This document shows positions 1 to 13,700 of a stretch of 64,000 nt of DNA, in pieces; positions within the stretch are counted from its first letter, which is position 1; each line of letters starts with the position of its first letter. The position numbers and the translations under genes were made by a program. The notes beneath the pieces are model-generated. The model saw only the letters and a list, made by a program, of their open reading frames with translations, did not search any database and had not been told where the DNA came from. The DNA comes from Zancudomyces culisetae HAW-14-8 (Eukaryota; Fungi; Kickxellomycota): assembly GCA_052426225.1 (NCBI GenBank), contig JBNJNM010000015.1, positions 744,001 to 808,000 of the forward strand, read 5' to 3'.

Positions 1-1776
1 TATCCCAAGAGAATTTAAGTTGAAGGAGTCTAATACAGCTTCACCTGTAGGGTAACAAACTGATTTATCATTGTCACACTCAAACTTTAGACCTGTAAAC
101 AGATTCTGCATCTGTGCCATATAGGTGTAGTAAATATAAGACACATACCTAATCCATGATAATACTGCTGGAATGGTTCCTGCATTAACAAGATTTCCAC
201 CGTATATCAGAAAAACTGTAAGAACGATTGGAGCTAATATTGATGCGACTTCAGCATTAGATACCGATGCAGAAACAGCCATTGCAAATCCAAATGATGT
301 AAACACCGTAGACAAGTATATTGCCATAAATACAAGGTACTTTATAAAGTTGTGCTGAAATTTAACCAAAAGATAAATGCCACTGAGCATAATGAAATTT
401 TGTGCGATTGCAATTGGAAGCTTTGTTAAGATAACCGAAAGCATATATGTTGAGACCCGATACGCACCACTCGCTCTTTCTCTTGTCATAACTGATCGTT
501 CGTATATAAGAACGCCTAAGATCGGCATAATTACTGGAAAAATAAGATTGATAGTAATTAAAAAAATCAAACCAATTCTGTTCTGGGCCTTTTGAAATCC
601 ACTTCCAGGATTGAAAAACGTAAATCCAACTAGCAGCATTGTTATAATGGAGCTCAAAAGAGCTGAGAATAGCACTTGTTTTTCTCGCACTTGCTTTAAC
701 CATGATCTCCGTAACAATATAAATAGCTCCTTTGGCCAACTGTTGTTGAATCGTGATTTTTTTCGTCCAAAGAAAGCAACCCTACGAGACACTCGTCTAC
801 ATAGTGCGCCTCCCCTAGAAAGCACTGAGCTACGATTTGTTTGATCACGTGAAGCTTGAATATTTTCTTCTTCTTTTGTGTCACTGCTTTCTCTTGCCAT
901 CTTTTCTGCCCAGGAATTTTTTATATGTTCTACTCGTTTGGTAGATTCCTCGAGTGACTCTTCAGAAAGTGTATCAAGCGTCATCAAGTTAATGAAAAAA
1001 TCTGCCGGATTTTCCTGTGTAGGACAGTCGTATCCTATTGAGCTAAAGTAATCCAATGAGTCAGCACGTGAACCCATGTACACAACGCCACCAGGTGCAA
1101 GTAGAACTAGCTTATCAAATAATGAATATATTGTCGAATTGGGCTGATGTATAGAGCATACTGTTATCACATTTTTCTCGATAGTGAATTCTTTTATAAG
1201 CTTTATTACATTCTCTGCTGAATTGGAGTCAAGTCCGGATGTTGGTTCGTCCAACATAAGCATAAGTGGATCAGTTATTATCTCGACACCTATTGAAACT
1301 CTCTTTCTCTCGCCTCCTGAAACGCCTCGGATCTTCTCGTTGCCTATCAACGTATTCCTGGAGTTGGTTAGTCGTAGTTGTCTGATGACATTCTCTACTC
1401 TTTCCTTTTTATCACTGAGGTTAAACCTTTTGTTATCGACTCTAAGTTTTGCCGCATACAAAAGCGTTTCATACACTGTGAGAGTAGGATATAACAAGTC
1501 ATCTTGCTCTACGTATGCAATCATTTTCTTAAACTGACTTTCCACTCGTCTACTTCCGTTAAACAGTATTTCACCTGTAACTATACCACCAGTAACCCTT
1601 CCTGCTAAGATATTTAGTAGTGTCGTTTTTCCCGCGCCAGAACTGCCGATAATTGCGACCAGTTCTCCTCCAACAAAATTCCCATTTACATTTTTTAAAA
1701 TATGTCTTGTGACAGCCTTTTTTCCTTTTCCCGTCCTTACTTTGTAGTTAATGTCATTGAATTCTAGAGTATTCAT
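1..1776 (-). CDS. ABCG (White-family) half ABC transporter, NBD-TMD order, 3' end outside window
   Basis: Manual translation from ATG 1776 (MNTLEFNDINYKV...) gives Walker A GSSGAGKT, signature VSGGERKRVSIG and Walker B LMLDEPTSGLD, followed by hydrophobic TM segments. I saw no stop before the window edge, which explains its absence from the ORF track. Confidence 0.93.
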   Translation of the reverse strand, partial: MNTLEFNDINYKVRTGKGKKAVTRHILKNVNGNFVGGELVAIIGSSGAGKTTLLNILAGRVTGGIVTGEILFNGSRRVESQFKKMIAYVEQDDLLYPTLTVYETLLYAAKLRVDNKRFNLSDKKERVENVIRQLRLTNSRNTLIGNEKIRGVSGGERKRVSIGVEIITDPLMLMLDEPTSGLDSNSAENVIKLIKEFTIEKNVITVCSIHQPNSTIYSLFDKLVLLAPGGVVYMGSRADSLDYFSSIGYDCPTQENPADFFINLMTLDTLSEESLEESTKRVEHIKNSWAEKMARESSDTKEEENIQASRDQTNRSSVLSRGGALCRRVSRRVAFFGRKKSRFNNSWPKELFILLRRSWLKQVREKQVLFSALLSSIITMLLVGFTFFNPGSGFQKAQNRIGLIFLITINLIFPVIMPILGVLIYERSVMTRERASGAYRVSTYMLSVILTKLPIAIAQNFIMLSGIYLLVKFQHNFIKYLVFMAIYLSTVFTSFGFAMAVSASVSNAEVASILAPIVLTVFLIYGGNLVNAGTIPAVLSWIRYVSYIYYTYMAQMQNLFTGLKFECDNDKSVCYPTGEAVLDSFNLNSLGI

Positions 1777-3415
1777 TTTTTAATTTCTACTTGAATCACC
1801 ACCGCTAAAAAATATATCTAAACAGGTATCAATAAAACAAATATAGAATACTAATATAAAAATATGTGCCTATTTATGCAGCTTTTATTTTCATTTAGTT
1901 TGCTTTGCTTTTAATCTTTAGTAGCACAACACCTTCGCATTTTACTTTTTCCTTGAACGATCAACAACGCTGGCATCAATAACAGAGCCAGCTACCCAGT
2001 TTCAGAACTTAATGATATATCAGAGTCAACACTTGCATAGGCAAATTAAAAGACCAGAAAGAGAGGCAGGTAGCTTTCACACATGGTTTTTACCCTTTAT
2101 CTTGGCAATTACGGCCAATACGGTTGCTTTCAATGGAGTTTGTGAGTATAAAAATGAATATTTCTCCATATTGAACCAACCCACTCAGAATGATAGATTT
2201 TGGCCTACTTCCAAGACAAAATAATAGGTTCTACCTAATTGTTTGGCAGGCGGGGGATATTTTTAATAAAACTGAAACAAAAGTAAATAAAGCTTGCATC
2301 AGAGCATTGCGCAAAATCGAAATAACTGACAAAGAGTTTTAATGAAATAAATATATATCATATATCTCGGTCTCAGCCCCAGTCTCGACTTGTGCCTCAT
2401 GCATATATATTACCTGTAGTCGTTAACCAAAAAGGTGCTCCATATTGCCATAGTTGATGCAATATCAATTGTATCTAGTCCAGCCTGAAAAGAGCTGTTC
2501 GATATTATCTAGTTTTTTTTTTTGCACTTTCAGACAAAGTGAGTCTGATCAAAAGATTTAATAGCAAAAGGATGTTGTAGTTTTTGTGATACCGGTTTGG
2601 TAAATTTAGACCCAGTGTCTTTTTTATATATAAAATTCACTTACTATGTGCTCTTCATTTGATGATTTTTTTTTTCGAACAAGCTAAAGTTGAAAGCAGC
2701 TGTTCAGCCATACGGTGTGGTAAAAAATTGAAATTTAGGTTAGACCAGTTGTGTACGGTTGGTTTCATGCGGCACGCAAGGATGGTTCTGCTGCTACCCC
2801 ATTTCTCTGGTATTTTTGCTATAAATAAGGAGGCTATGTTGTAAGCTTTACCAGTAGGAATGATTATATTCAAAATTCAAAATGTGAAGCGCTCTTGCTG
2901 AAATTGTTTGATGTAACAAATGAAAAGAGCTGAAAGGAAGCTCAACGAGTAATCTATGAGATCACTGAAGTCTTAGTAAATGATATATTAGAAAAAACAG
3001 ACACTTTCTACTGGTTTATCATTCTGGTATTATATTTGCATTTGCTTTTCATCAGCCAACACAAGGCAGTTTTTTGTTGGTTTTTGTTGGTTTTTGTTGA
3101 ATAGATGAGAACGCTGGGTTTGAATGCAAAAAACCAAATCAGGTAAGCTACTTTTCTATGTAAATTTCAAAAATATATCATACTTCATTTAGTACTGGTC
3201 GGATAATTGTTAGCATTGTTTACTCTGGTTTGTTTCAAAACAAAAAACAAAAAAATAGAAAATAAAAGACTTTGTATAATTTCACTTTACAAATAAATTA
3301 GCCTCTGAATAAATAACCAAAAGAATGCACATTAGAGGTTGTTTATAGAGGGGATTCCAGTATGAAAAAATATTTGACGGCTTTCCTATTCTAGACATGG
3401 GACACACAACATATT

Positions 3416-4185
3416 TGTTAATAGAATTTCCGGAAGTTTAGCAACTATAAATGAGATTTAGAATTGTTCTATGACACCGGTAATACGGATAAATTTACTA
3501 AAGTTGGAACCAGGTAATGTAAATGATTCACCTGGGTCTAGATCTGATGTGCGACGCGATAATCTTTAAGCTATTTTGGAATTAGAGCATCCAAAATTTT
3601 AAACATGCGTTTAGTACCCCAACTCGGTAATATACAATGACGTGTAAGAGTACCCTAGCGCCCAGGTGTAAAATACCTTATACTTGAAACCTTGAATATC
3701 TGGTTGAATGCATTAGATTAGCTTTTAACTAAAAATTCTCGTTAATTAAAATATAGACCATCTGGTCTAGGAAAAACGGATTTTATAAAACCGAAAACAC
3801 CTTTAAACCAGTTCATCGAAATCATTGGCTAGCTTCAATCAAATGTAGTTTTCAACTCTCAAATTAATAAACTTTTAATTAGGTAACGAAAAAGTTACCC
3901 GACTTTGTTATATAATTAAGCCATTGCGAGGATAGGTAACAGGATTACATAAGCAAGTGAAGTGTGATTATGATAGTAAGCGGAGAAGGAAGAGAAGATA
4001 CACAAATGTAAAGGTCTATAGAAAACGGAAAATTATAGGAATCAAATTTTCCCGTATCCAAACTTAGCAGTCTAAGGACACATGTAAATGTGGATATATT
4101 ATAAGGTGGTGCAACGTATTTAATAGCTTGATTTTAAAAAGAAAAAAGAATGTAATACAGTACGAATCTAGCTTTATTATTGACA
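3416..4185. mobile_element. possible solo LTR
   Basis: Bounded by TGTTAATA...TATTGACA (8-bp inverted ends, 1 mismatch), with an internal TATA-like TATATAA near 3909. No clean target-site duplication. Confidence 0.25.
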
Positions 4186-5610
4186 CGTGTGATCCAGTGC
4201 TCGGGAGCTGGTTTGGCTATAATTTGTGCAGCTGGATGCCAGATTGAGATAATTGATTCTCCTAAAAAGCCCAAACAAAGGGATGTACAGCCATCTATTT
4301 ACGTCAGATCTAAAGGCATTGTAATGGATTGAATGGTCTCTTTTTATCCTTTTTGGTAGATATGAATATACACACAGATGACTATGTTACGTAATGACCA
4401 AAGTTTTGAAAAAACAATACAGTTTCCATTTAAGTTACATCATTATCATAGATCAATGATCTGGAACGATTCTGTCAATACATTTAGCAGTGTTTTTTTT
4501 TTCGATTGCCTTATATTGCTAACCTTATGGCACGCTGGTTTAACATTTAGGTAATTATTATCGAGATTTTAATCCCATTATAAAACAAAAAGAATCAATG
4601 ACTCAACATGAGGCTCTTCAAAACAGGTAATTCAGGATACAAGGTGATATTCCCCAGCTACAAACGTCATAGTATGGATTATCCTTTTTCTCCCAACTTT
4701 GGTCATGTTTATATTAATCCAATAGTGTGCCGTAAACAAATCCCCGTGCGAAGTGTGGTTTTGATTTTTTATTTGGTTTGCCATTTTTGAAATCTCGACC
4801 AGCTTCACAGTTAGAGCCACAATCCCAGCAAAATAAAGCTGTTTTATACGTTTAAAAATGCTTATAGATTTCTTGTGGGCCTTCCCCTTTCATCCAAATC
4901 CAATCAAAATTATCTGTTTTGTCCATACTTGCAACTCACTTGTTTCAGCGTCATTACACTAGGTCGTATCAACCCAGAACGATATAAAGTTGAATAAGAA
5001 TAGGTACATCCTGATCAGCTTTTGAGCCTGACGAGTTTCAAATCATTGCTGCACAAGTTTACTTTGTCAAAACGTGACTTTTCTTTGATTCGTTTATTTT
5101 TGATCATCTTAATTGGCCAAGAATAAAAGCATCACACAAGGCTAAAACCCATATGCAGCTTCGCAACTCATGAAAAGATAGATGAATGCTATGAGCCAGT
5201 GTAAAAGATATACTTTTTGCTGTAGCAGTGATTGGGTCATCAGCTCTGCGGCATGTTCTAACAAAAGAAGATATACACAACGTATTGGTATTACCGCCGT
5301 TGTTTTGTCGTAATTGAGCTTGATACAAGGTGGAAAGTGGAAAGGCCAGGATGAGCTCGCCATAGAGCTAATTTAATAGCAAAAGCAGCTTTACTAAATG
5401 GTTGGTGGTCGTGATCCTGTATAGCTACTTATTTTTTAATTTCATGCTATTCGCCAATCTTTACCTAATGGTCCACTTTTTGCTCGGTGGATCAAAATGA
5501 AAAAAAAAAGAATAGAAGGGGGAAGGTTATAATCGGATTTTGACTTTTGAGGTGCTACTTTGTTGGTAGAATTGCGTGCTTAAAGAAATATATCGATTCG
5601 AAAATAAGAA

Positions 5611-7214
5611 ATGATCAGGAGAACGCTACCAAGTTTGAAGGTAATGGGAAGATATATGGCAACGACACGCGTGATCGTGCGATCTTTGGATTTTCAAAGA
5701 GTGCAGGGATACTGAATCTATAATTAAAAAGTACATTTTGGTGGAGTGTCACATTAAACAGTAAAATTCTACTATGAATGAATAGAGTGTCAGATGGTAC
5801 TCAAAGATCAACGAGCCAGTCGGACAGGTGTTTAAAAGTAAGCTGGAAAATGGGCCATCATTTGATGATTTTGTTAGTGGTCAAGTAGACAGCATAAAAG
5901 GGTAAATGATTTGATTGTACAGAATATGTAAATGGCTAAAGAACTATTGAATATACATGTATGTATATATATGTTTAGTTAGTGTTTAAAAAAAGTAGTT
6001 TATCTTGTGGTATAATAAGGGTGATAAATGTGTCGTTGAAAATATCCATAACAATTGTACACGGGGTAAAGAAGCTTCTAAAACGATGATTAAAATCAAA
6101 TAGAACCTCAAGATTGCCGAGTTGGTTAAAAACACCGATCCCATCTGGAAAAGAATATGTAGGAATTAAAAAGACCGTGGAAGGGTTAAATCTGTCGACT
6201 GTAAGTAATGAATCATAATAATTTACTTTTTCTTTAAAATATATATATATAATAAGTAGAGTACATGAAAAGGTGGTAAAAAAAATGCTCAAATAGGTAT
6301 GCAAAGAGGCCAGGTGTCCAAACATCCACGAATGCTGGGGAGGAGGAGAACATAAAACAGCTACAGCGACGATTATGATTATGGGAGATACATGCACTCG
6401 AGGATGTCGGTTTTGTTCAGTGAAAACATCTAGAACTCCAGCACCTGTTGACGAGCAGGAGCCTGAAAAGGTTGCAGAAGCTCTTGAGAAGTGGAAATTG
6501 GATTACGTGGTGCTGACGTCGGTTGATAGAGATGGTAAGTACTTGACAATATCAAAGCATAAGTATATACACATTGGATATGAACATTAGATATGAATAC
6601 AAAAATAAAAGCCAACTATAACTGAATTGTTGAATATTTTAGATATGACGGATTATGGGGCAGGACACTTTACTAAAGTTGTTGAGACAGTTAGAGCAAG
6701 AAATCCGAAATTGATGATAGAATGTCTTACACCAGACTTTAAAGGGGATAAAGAGTTGGTCTCTAGGGTAGCAAACAGCGGGCTGGACGTATACGCTCAT
6801 AACATTGAGACAGTCCCGTCACTCCAGCGCGTGGTGCGAGACTACAGAGCTGGATACAAACAGTCACTTGATGTTCTTATTGAGGCAAAAAAGGCGACAA
6901 ATGGGCGGGTGATTACCAAGACGTCAATTATGTTGGGAATTGGAGAAACTGATGAAGAGGTCAAGGAGACACTTAGAGAGTTGCGAGAAGTAGGCAACGT
7001 GGATGTGGTGACGTTGGGGCAGTATATGCGGCCAACAAAGCGACACATGAAGGTAGTAGAGTACGTGACACCTCGCAAATTTGAATTTTGGAAGGAATAT
7101 GCGGAAAAACTAGGATTCCTGTATGTTGCAAGCGGGCCACTTGTCAGAAGTAGTTACAAGGCTGGGGAATTTTTTATTAAAAATGTCCTGGAAAAGAGAA
7201 AAAATCATCAATAG
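5611..7214 (+). CDS. LIP5: mitochondrial lipoyl synthase (radical SAM), 5 exons: 5611-5640, 5786-5901, 6104-6200, 6297-6534, 6643-7214
   Basis: GT-AG introns give an in-frame join. Motifs: presequence-like [25 protein letters not shown]4CX5C ([12 protein letters not shown]), CX3CX2C (CTRGCRFC) and C-terminal GPLVRSSY. Confidence 0.95.
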
Positions 7215-7290
7215 TTGGAGAGAAACTAACAGAATAGATAAAATACATAAATAAAAAAGATAGTTCTAAAAGATAAAGTAATTAAATAAA

Positions 7291-9116
7291 TCAAGGTAGA
7301 TAAATATTGGTAGACTTGGAGTGTTCTAGATTGGAGTTGGTTAGTAAAGCATGGCCGTGGGACTTGGAGTTGGGGATGAATTTTGGAGCAGCGGATAGTA
7401 GAGGAGGAGGATCAATCATAGATCCACCATTATTGCTGGAGATGCTCCTGCTGCTGTTTCTTCCAGCAATATTATTGTTGGCGAGGCCTTTGGCTGTATC
7501 CTCAGGCGAGAAATGGAAAAGCATGCTTCTTGGCAGTTGGGGTGGATTGGGTAACAGCTGGTTTTGCGACTGATTCTGCTGTTGGAGATTGCTGTTTGCA
7601 GCCATCTCGGCTTTGTTCATGTTTCTAAGCGTAATTATTTCGCGTTCCAGTGAGCTGATCCTGACTTTTAGCAAGGTATTTTCTCGTTCAAGTTTGTCAC
7701 AAACACCTCGCAGGTTGTTGACATATGCTGTTCGACGCTCTCTGCTTCTTCTAGCTGCTTCACGATTCCGTTCACGCCTTCTGGCAATACGTCTTTGAGT
7801 AAGTGCATCTGCCTCTTCTCCGTTATTGGTCCCGCCACCCAAGTGTGAAATTCCCCCACTCCCACTACCGCTCTCTAAAAGCAATTGTTTTGTCTCTTCA
7901 TCACCAGAAGACAAAGGATCATCCCTTCCCTTGATGCTCTCCTCCAACATATCCTCATTTGAATGTGGTGACTGTAGAGTACCAAACGGTGTGGTTGGCT
8001 GGTATTGTTGCGTTTGTTTCATACCTCTTGGCGATCCTGGAAATTGTGTTGATAGGAACGACCTTTTGTTTACAAATCCAATCTCGTTGTCAAGATGTTG
8101 CCCCTCTGCTCCTCCAATAGATCCTGTCATCGGAACCATATAGCTGTTTCCTTCTCCCATGCTATTGCTATTATTATTGTTGTTGTTGTTGCCATTATTA
8201 TTGTTGTTGGGTTGGCCCTTTCCTGTATGCAATGGATTGAATGCAATTGGTATAGAGTTTACCGCTATATTATAGTTAAGTTTTTTTAATACTCCCATCT
8301 CAATCTTACTAAACATTTTCCTTTCCTTAAAAAATAATTCAATGAATAAAACTTACACTCGCCAAGTACCAATGGTTCATCCCATATCCTGCTGGGTTGT
8401 GTTTCTGAAAATGTATCAAAACCATTGCTGTTGTTATAATAGTTATTACTGTTGTAATAGTTACCATATCCATATGTATAGTTGTATCCTGGATTCAGCT
8501 GAGGATGTGTAACTGATCCCTCTTCAAATGGCCCGAAGCTGTTTGTTGTAGGTAACATTCCTGGAAGCCCATAACTATTTGTGGATAGCGAAAATTGCTG
8601 TTGCTGTTGTTGTTGCTGTTGTTGCTGTTGTATACTCCCCCCAAATCCTTTTTTTGCTCCTTGGTTTTGGTTTCCACTACCATTATTATTACTACCATTG
8701 TTATTGTAATTGTTACTGTTACTGTTATTCATCTGTTGTTGCATATTTTCTGAAAACCCAAAACCACTTGCTGGTATTGATGGTGCTGCTGCCCCATCAT
8801 ATTGTTTACCCCCAGCCACCTCTCCATTCATGCCATCATTCATCCCAAAGTTAAAGTTAATTCCAAACTGGTTGGTTAGTTGTGTATTTGGTAATGTATA
8901 GGTTACTCCATTCCCACCATTATTGCTGTTGTTACTGTTGTCTCCAATGCTACCCCTCCTGTTAACAACACCCCTGCCCCCATTATTATTATTGTTGCTA
9001 TTATTATTACCTTTGGTGGATGTAGAGGTTAGCTCTTGTGTCATCACTACTGTCTTTTTGGATGGCGGTGGTGGTCCCTGTGGGGAGAAATGTGATATAA
9101 CTTTCATTTGATTCAT
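7291..9116 (-). CDS. bZIP transcription factor with N/Q-rich low-complexity N-terminus; intron 8265-8356
   Basis: Basic region RRERNREAARRSRERR followed by a Leu heptad. A GTAAGT...TAG intron joins the two track ORFs in frame (LGE-S-VNSIP). Poly-N and poly-Q tracts. The start codon is less certain. Confidence 0.88.
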
Positions 9117-10715
9117 TTGAAAAGCTTGGTTTTGATTATATTCTCTTCTTTGGGATAGCTTAGTATTATCTCTTATTTGTCTTTGTTGTTTGCGCTTCAG
9201 TATGAAGTGTATGATATGAGCAATGTATCTAATATTTTCTGAAGTTTGTTATTTTCTTCTCTCCTCCACTTGTATTTGCTCTGTCTCTCTCTCTTTTTTC
9301 TTATCATAAATTGCGTTGTAGTTCACTGTGCCTAAACCTATTCAACCCTTTTCTTAATTATAACCACAAAGAAAGGCTTGTTGAAGCAGTTTCTACTAAT
9401 CAAAATTACTTTGAAATTGGGGCGATTAGAATTTAAAACAAAAAAGTTTTTCCTCAGGCTAAGCAAGATTATAACGGCTTTTATATGCACCTATATATCA
9501 CATTGGGAATTTTTTTATTTTTGCATCTATATATACTCGTTTGGCTTATTTTTATTTTGCTCACACTATGCTTTTAATCACAATCCTCATTATTTTCTCA
9601 TCTTTACAAATTGATGAAAATTTTTTAGGATTTTTTCATGATCCATTTCTCTCAATCTGCCAACAAATATTATAATTAAAAAATTGCCATACTTCGTCTT
9701 GTAATTAATACATTCCTTCAATTTCGATTTGAAAGCCTGGTACCTCTATTACATAAATCGACTTTTCCATTTACATTTCCTCAATTGACGAGCCTTAAGC
9801 AAAAGTAGATATCTTGCCATGATTTTTTGCCTCCGAATTGAGACTGAATCGAGACAAAGCAAATGATAAAAGAACACAATAGTTAATTTCCAACAATAAA
9901 AGTTCTTTGCAATACAACACGCAAAAAAAGAATATATCAATTCCGAATCCTCGTATTTTTTTTTGTTTTTGTAACAGAAATAAAAAAATAAAAAGAACCT
10001 CATAAATTCAGTCTTCCTACTTGGAAAGGATGGTTTTTTTTCTCAACCGAAATACCCATGATTAATCTACCCAGAATTCTCTATTCTATCATCGCCTAGT
10101 TGTGCAGTTTATTGTTACTTTTGTTTCGGCTTTTACATAGAACATTGTCTGTGTTTTTAATAGTCCCAGAACCGCTCACCCCTCCCTCTATTTGTTTCAC
10201 ATTTCCTCGCTAATCGTACCTCCTTTCTATTTGAGTCTTTTTACTCTTTCTTGCACCACACACTATACTATCTTGGTCTGGTAAAACCGAACCTTTATGT
10301 AATGGTGATGATTCTACACAAAATAGCACAATTTCAATCAAAATTTACGCATTTTCTTTCAACGTGTTATTTTAACCGATCTTTATGTAATTACCACTTA
10401 TTACAAATTACTATCTCAATTTGCTTTTTCACGCCAATTTTGGCTATTATTTTCTTCGTCCATTTTACACCAAAGCTAACCTTTTTATAATTATGTCCTT
10501 TTTGAGTTATTTATTGATTTTCATAATGCCAACCACCGTTAAAAATATCCCCATTACTTTATTTATTACAAAGCAATATATTTTTCAGGAATAAAAACAG
10601 TTAGAAAAATGCAATAAATATGTTTAATAAATAAAAGTATGTTCCTTTAAGAATTGCTTGGTGAAACTGGGAAGCTTTTACAGGAGTTCACTCACTCCCC
10701 CTCTCTTGCTATTTT

Positions 10716-10750
10716 TTTTCTTTTTCTTTTTCTTTTTCTTTTTCTTTTTC
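10716..10750. repeat. (TTTTTC)n-like simple repeat / polypyrimidine tract
   Basis: Direct reading. Confidence 0.7.
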
Positions 10751-13700
10751 TCTACCCTTCTCTATCTTTCCCTTTCCATACATCTCCATACCTTTTCATT
10801 ACATTGTAAAAGCAACCACTAGTTGCGCATTTTTCAAGACCTTTTCATTCCAAGTAAGAAAGAAGAGCGTGGGTATCACATACAACCAATTTCTGTTTGA
10901 TCGGCTCATGCTAGCTCCTAGCGTATACTGTTGACTATACTATCACACCTTTTAACTAAAATTGGTGTCAGCTGGCTCAGGGGGGGAGTGTTTGAGGACG
11001 AGCCTGCCCTATGTGCTTAGTATTAACTGCCTGGATTTTATTGAACCTTTCTCTCTAAATATATATTTTTTCTCTTTATTGGTCGTTTTATTGGTGCTAA
11101 GACACCATATATAAAAAGCGACAAAAAAGAATACATACATACAAAGGATTACCATCAAAACGAAATAATAATAAAAAACACCCCTTTCTTCCTTCATGTC
11201 CACCAAGGTCCGAATTCATTTACGCACACTTGTTTACATTTTTGGCTAATATGGACGTGTTCACATGGCCCATTATATTTCCAATTTGAGATATTCGTGA
11301 CTCTAATAGCAATAGATGCTCGGTAAATCTGAAAATAAAATTTGTTTATTATTCCGAGTGTAACAAGCTCGACACATTGTCTTCAATAAATAATCCTAAA
11401 TTTGTGTCTTTATTTATTTAGTGTATGTTTTGTCAGACCCAAAGGTCTGCTGTTTATTAAAATTACAAATTATAGGACTTACATCTGAAAAAATAGCAGT
11501 ACAATGTCGTGTTATTACCAGCAAAGAAAGCAAAGATACTACGCATATATTTGGATTAAGTTTAACATTTATCCTAGATTGGTTGTTCTTTAATACAGTA
11601 CACGTCATAGAATTCCATTCATCACGCCTGTTTTTATTCACGTTTTCTAATGATCTTTTGTACTCTATGATTTTTTTTTGTTGTTTTTTTTTGTGCTTTT
11701 AAACGTAAATCCATCCAATTAAAAATTGCAATTACATTTACAATTAAAACTTTTATTTTCAATGTTAAGCAAATAAAATAGCAACATTTTCTTCTGTTTG
11801 CTGAGGTGATGACGTAATCCCATGGCCTATTTAATACAAAGTGTTAATGAAATGATTAAAACTAAAACTGCAGGTAAGGGCAAAAAAAAAAGCTTAGATG
11901 TTAATAAAAATCTAAATCCCATAATTAAATATCCTGAATCCCAATAAGTTGCAAGTACCCCACAACCATAACATGCTCAGCAATCTGTTCTGCAACACAA
12001 TGCAAACATTTTATTCTTTACAAGCGGCTTTACATAAGTACACTTATCAATTTCCATAATACTTGTGCAAACATAGCAACGTAAATCCTGTTTTATGCTC
12101 TTTGTAAACTGTAAATGCTTACTAAGCTCTGTAAGTATACAATAAACACTAGTACAATATTTGAACTTTTTCTCATGCCTTTGCATACATCTGCTGATTT
12201 AATATTACTTTAAACAGTTACTGAATTGCAAAAGCATAAATATTGTTACATTTACTTTTGTGGTAACATAATAAAAGGGACGATGACTTGGCCTTTGTAA
12301 AGTTAGTTGTATGTTAAGTGCACCACCATTTTCAACTTCTAAATGCCTAACCTTTCTTGTATTGTTATATTAGTAATTATTATATTTTGTGCTTAAATTG
12401 TTGAAAAAGACTGAATATTTGTTTGCAAGCACAGAGTATGTGCAAAACTCGTCACGAGTTGTTATCTATCACCAAGTCAATATCGGGACAGCTTTGGCAC
12501 CAAGTAAAAAGTCATAAGAAATCAAAAAAAAAATATTTGGGATATTTGATAGAAATGGACAGAATCGAACTCTTATTTGGTCTTGTTTACAAAATAATAC
12601 TAACCCAACAGTATTCCAAATGCATTAAAAATCAACAAGAACAAAAATATACCAATTCCATCTCACATGAAGGAACTTCACACTATTAATAAATTAATCT
12701 AAATAATGAGGACTTTGGTTTAGAGGAATAAAAAAGCCCATCTTTTTGTATTGCAATTAGTCAGAAAAGAAACCATCATGTGGGTGATATTATAAATCCT
12801 TTACATTTAGTTTTCCGGAATACATGCTTAACAATAATCTGCAATGCTTTTTCGTGGAGGGTTTCGTCTTAACTTTAAATGTTTTCTCCGAGGTGAAATC
12901 CGTAAATTAAAATAAAGAAATACAGATAGCAAGGTCATGTTGGTTGTAGCTTGGTGTGGATGAACAAATGCTTGAAAATCCGCAAAATAAAACTAAACTT
13001 GACTACTAACCGCAACTTTTTCTCCAATTTTTAAAAAATAATAAATTCTTGCCTTCGCATTTAGGACAGAAAAACTTCCAAGAAAATCAGGCCTAAGAGC
13101 AAATACTCTACACAACTTTATTTTGAACAAGATCAGACGAGCTTCCCGTTATTTTTTTTTCCCGAGCAGCCTCATCTTTACAGACCCAGCACTTACTACT
13201 AGTCATGGGAATATCGAAGTAGTATTAAACTGGTTTTGCGATTTTCTTACTTGTTCTCCTCTGATAAAATCGGAAACTTTCTATAGCTATATAATATTCG
13301 TCAGCAAATATCATTTCCATTGTGGCTCTGGTAAAAGCTCTTGTATTTAGAAGAGGTGAGAGAAAGCATCATGCTGAGTTTATCGGGATCAGTGAACATT
13401 CCCTTTTAAACTAATTTTAAAGTTACCAATCAAAAAATTATAACTAAAAAAAAAGTCATTAACCAAAAATATATAATATAAAAGCAAAAAAGTTTGTTGA
13501 TGGCACCTCAAGCAATAAAAAGAGCACCCATCCACAGTTTCGCTCTTATTACAACACGCACTGATAGTTGAACCAACTAAAATGGTGCTACCCGCGAGTT
13601 CAACCGATGAAATGTACATTTATTATTTGTTAAATATATTTTTGGACACCTCCAAAAACAAGTTGATAATATACAGTGTGCCAGTAGTTTGTTGCTATAG

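Noticed and set aside
173-1537. Short track ORFs over the first 1.5 kb
   Set aside because: Antisense or alternative frames of the ABCG gene
4608-5363. Several 60-74 aa ORFs upstream of LIP5
   Set aside because: No recognisable motif or consistent splice model; could be a relic but unsupported
9117-9250. Stop-free in-frame stretch upstream of the bZIP ATG (CpcA/Gcn4-like non-AUG extension?)
   Set aside because: Only ~44 codons, and the bZIP is not C-terminal as in Gcn4/CpcA; insufficient evidence
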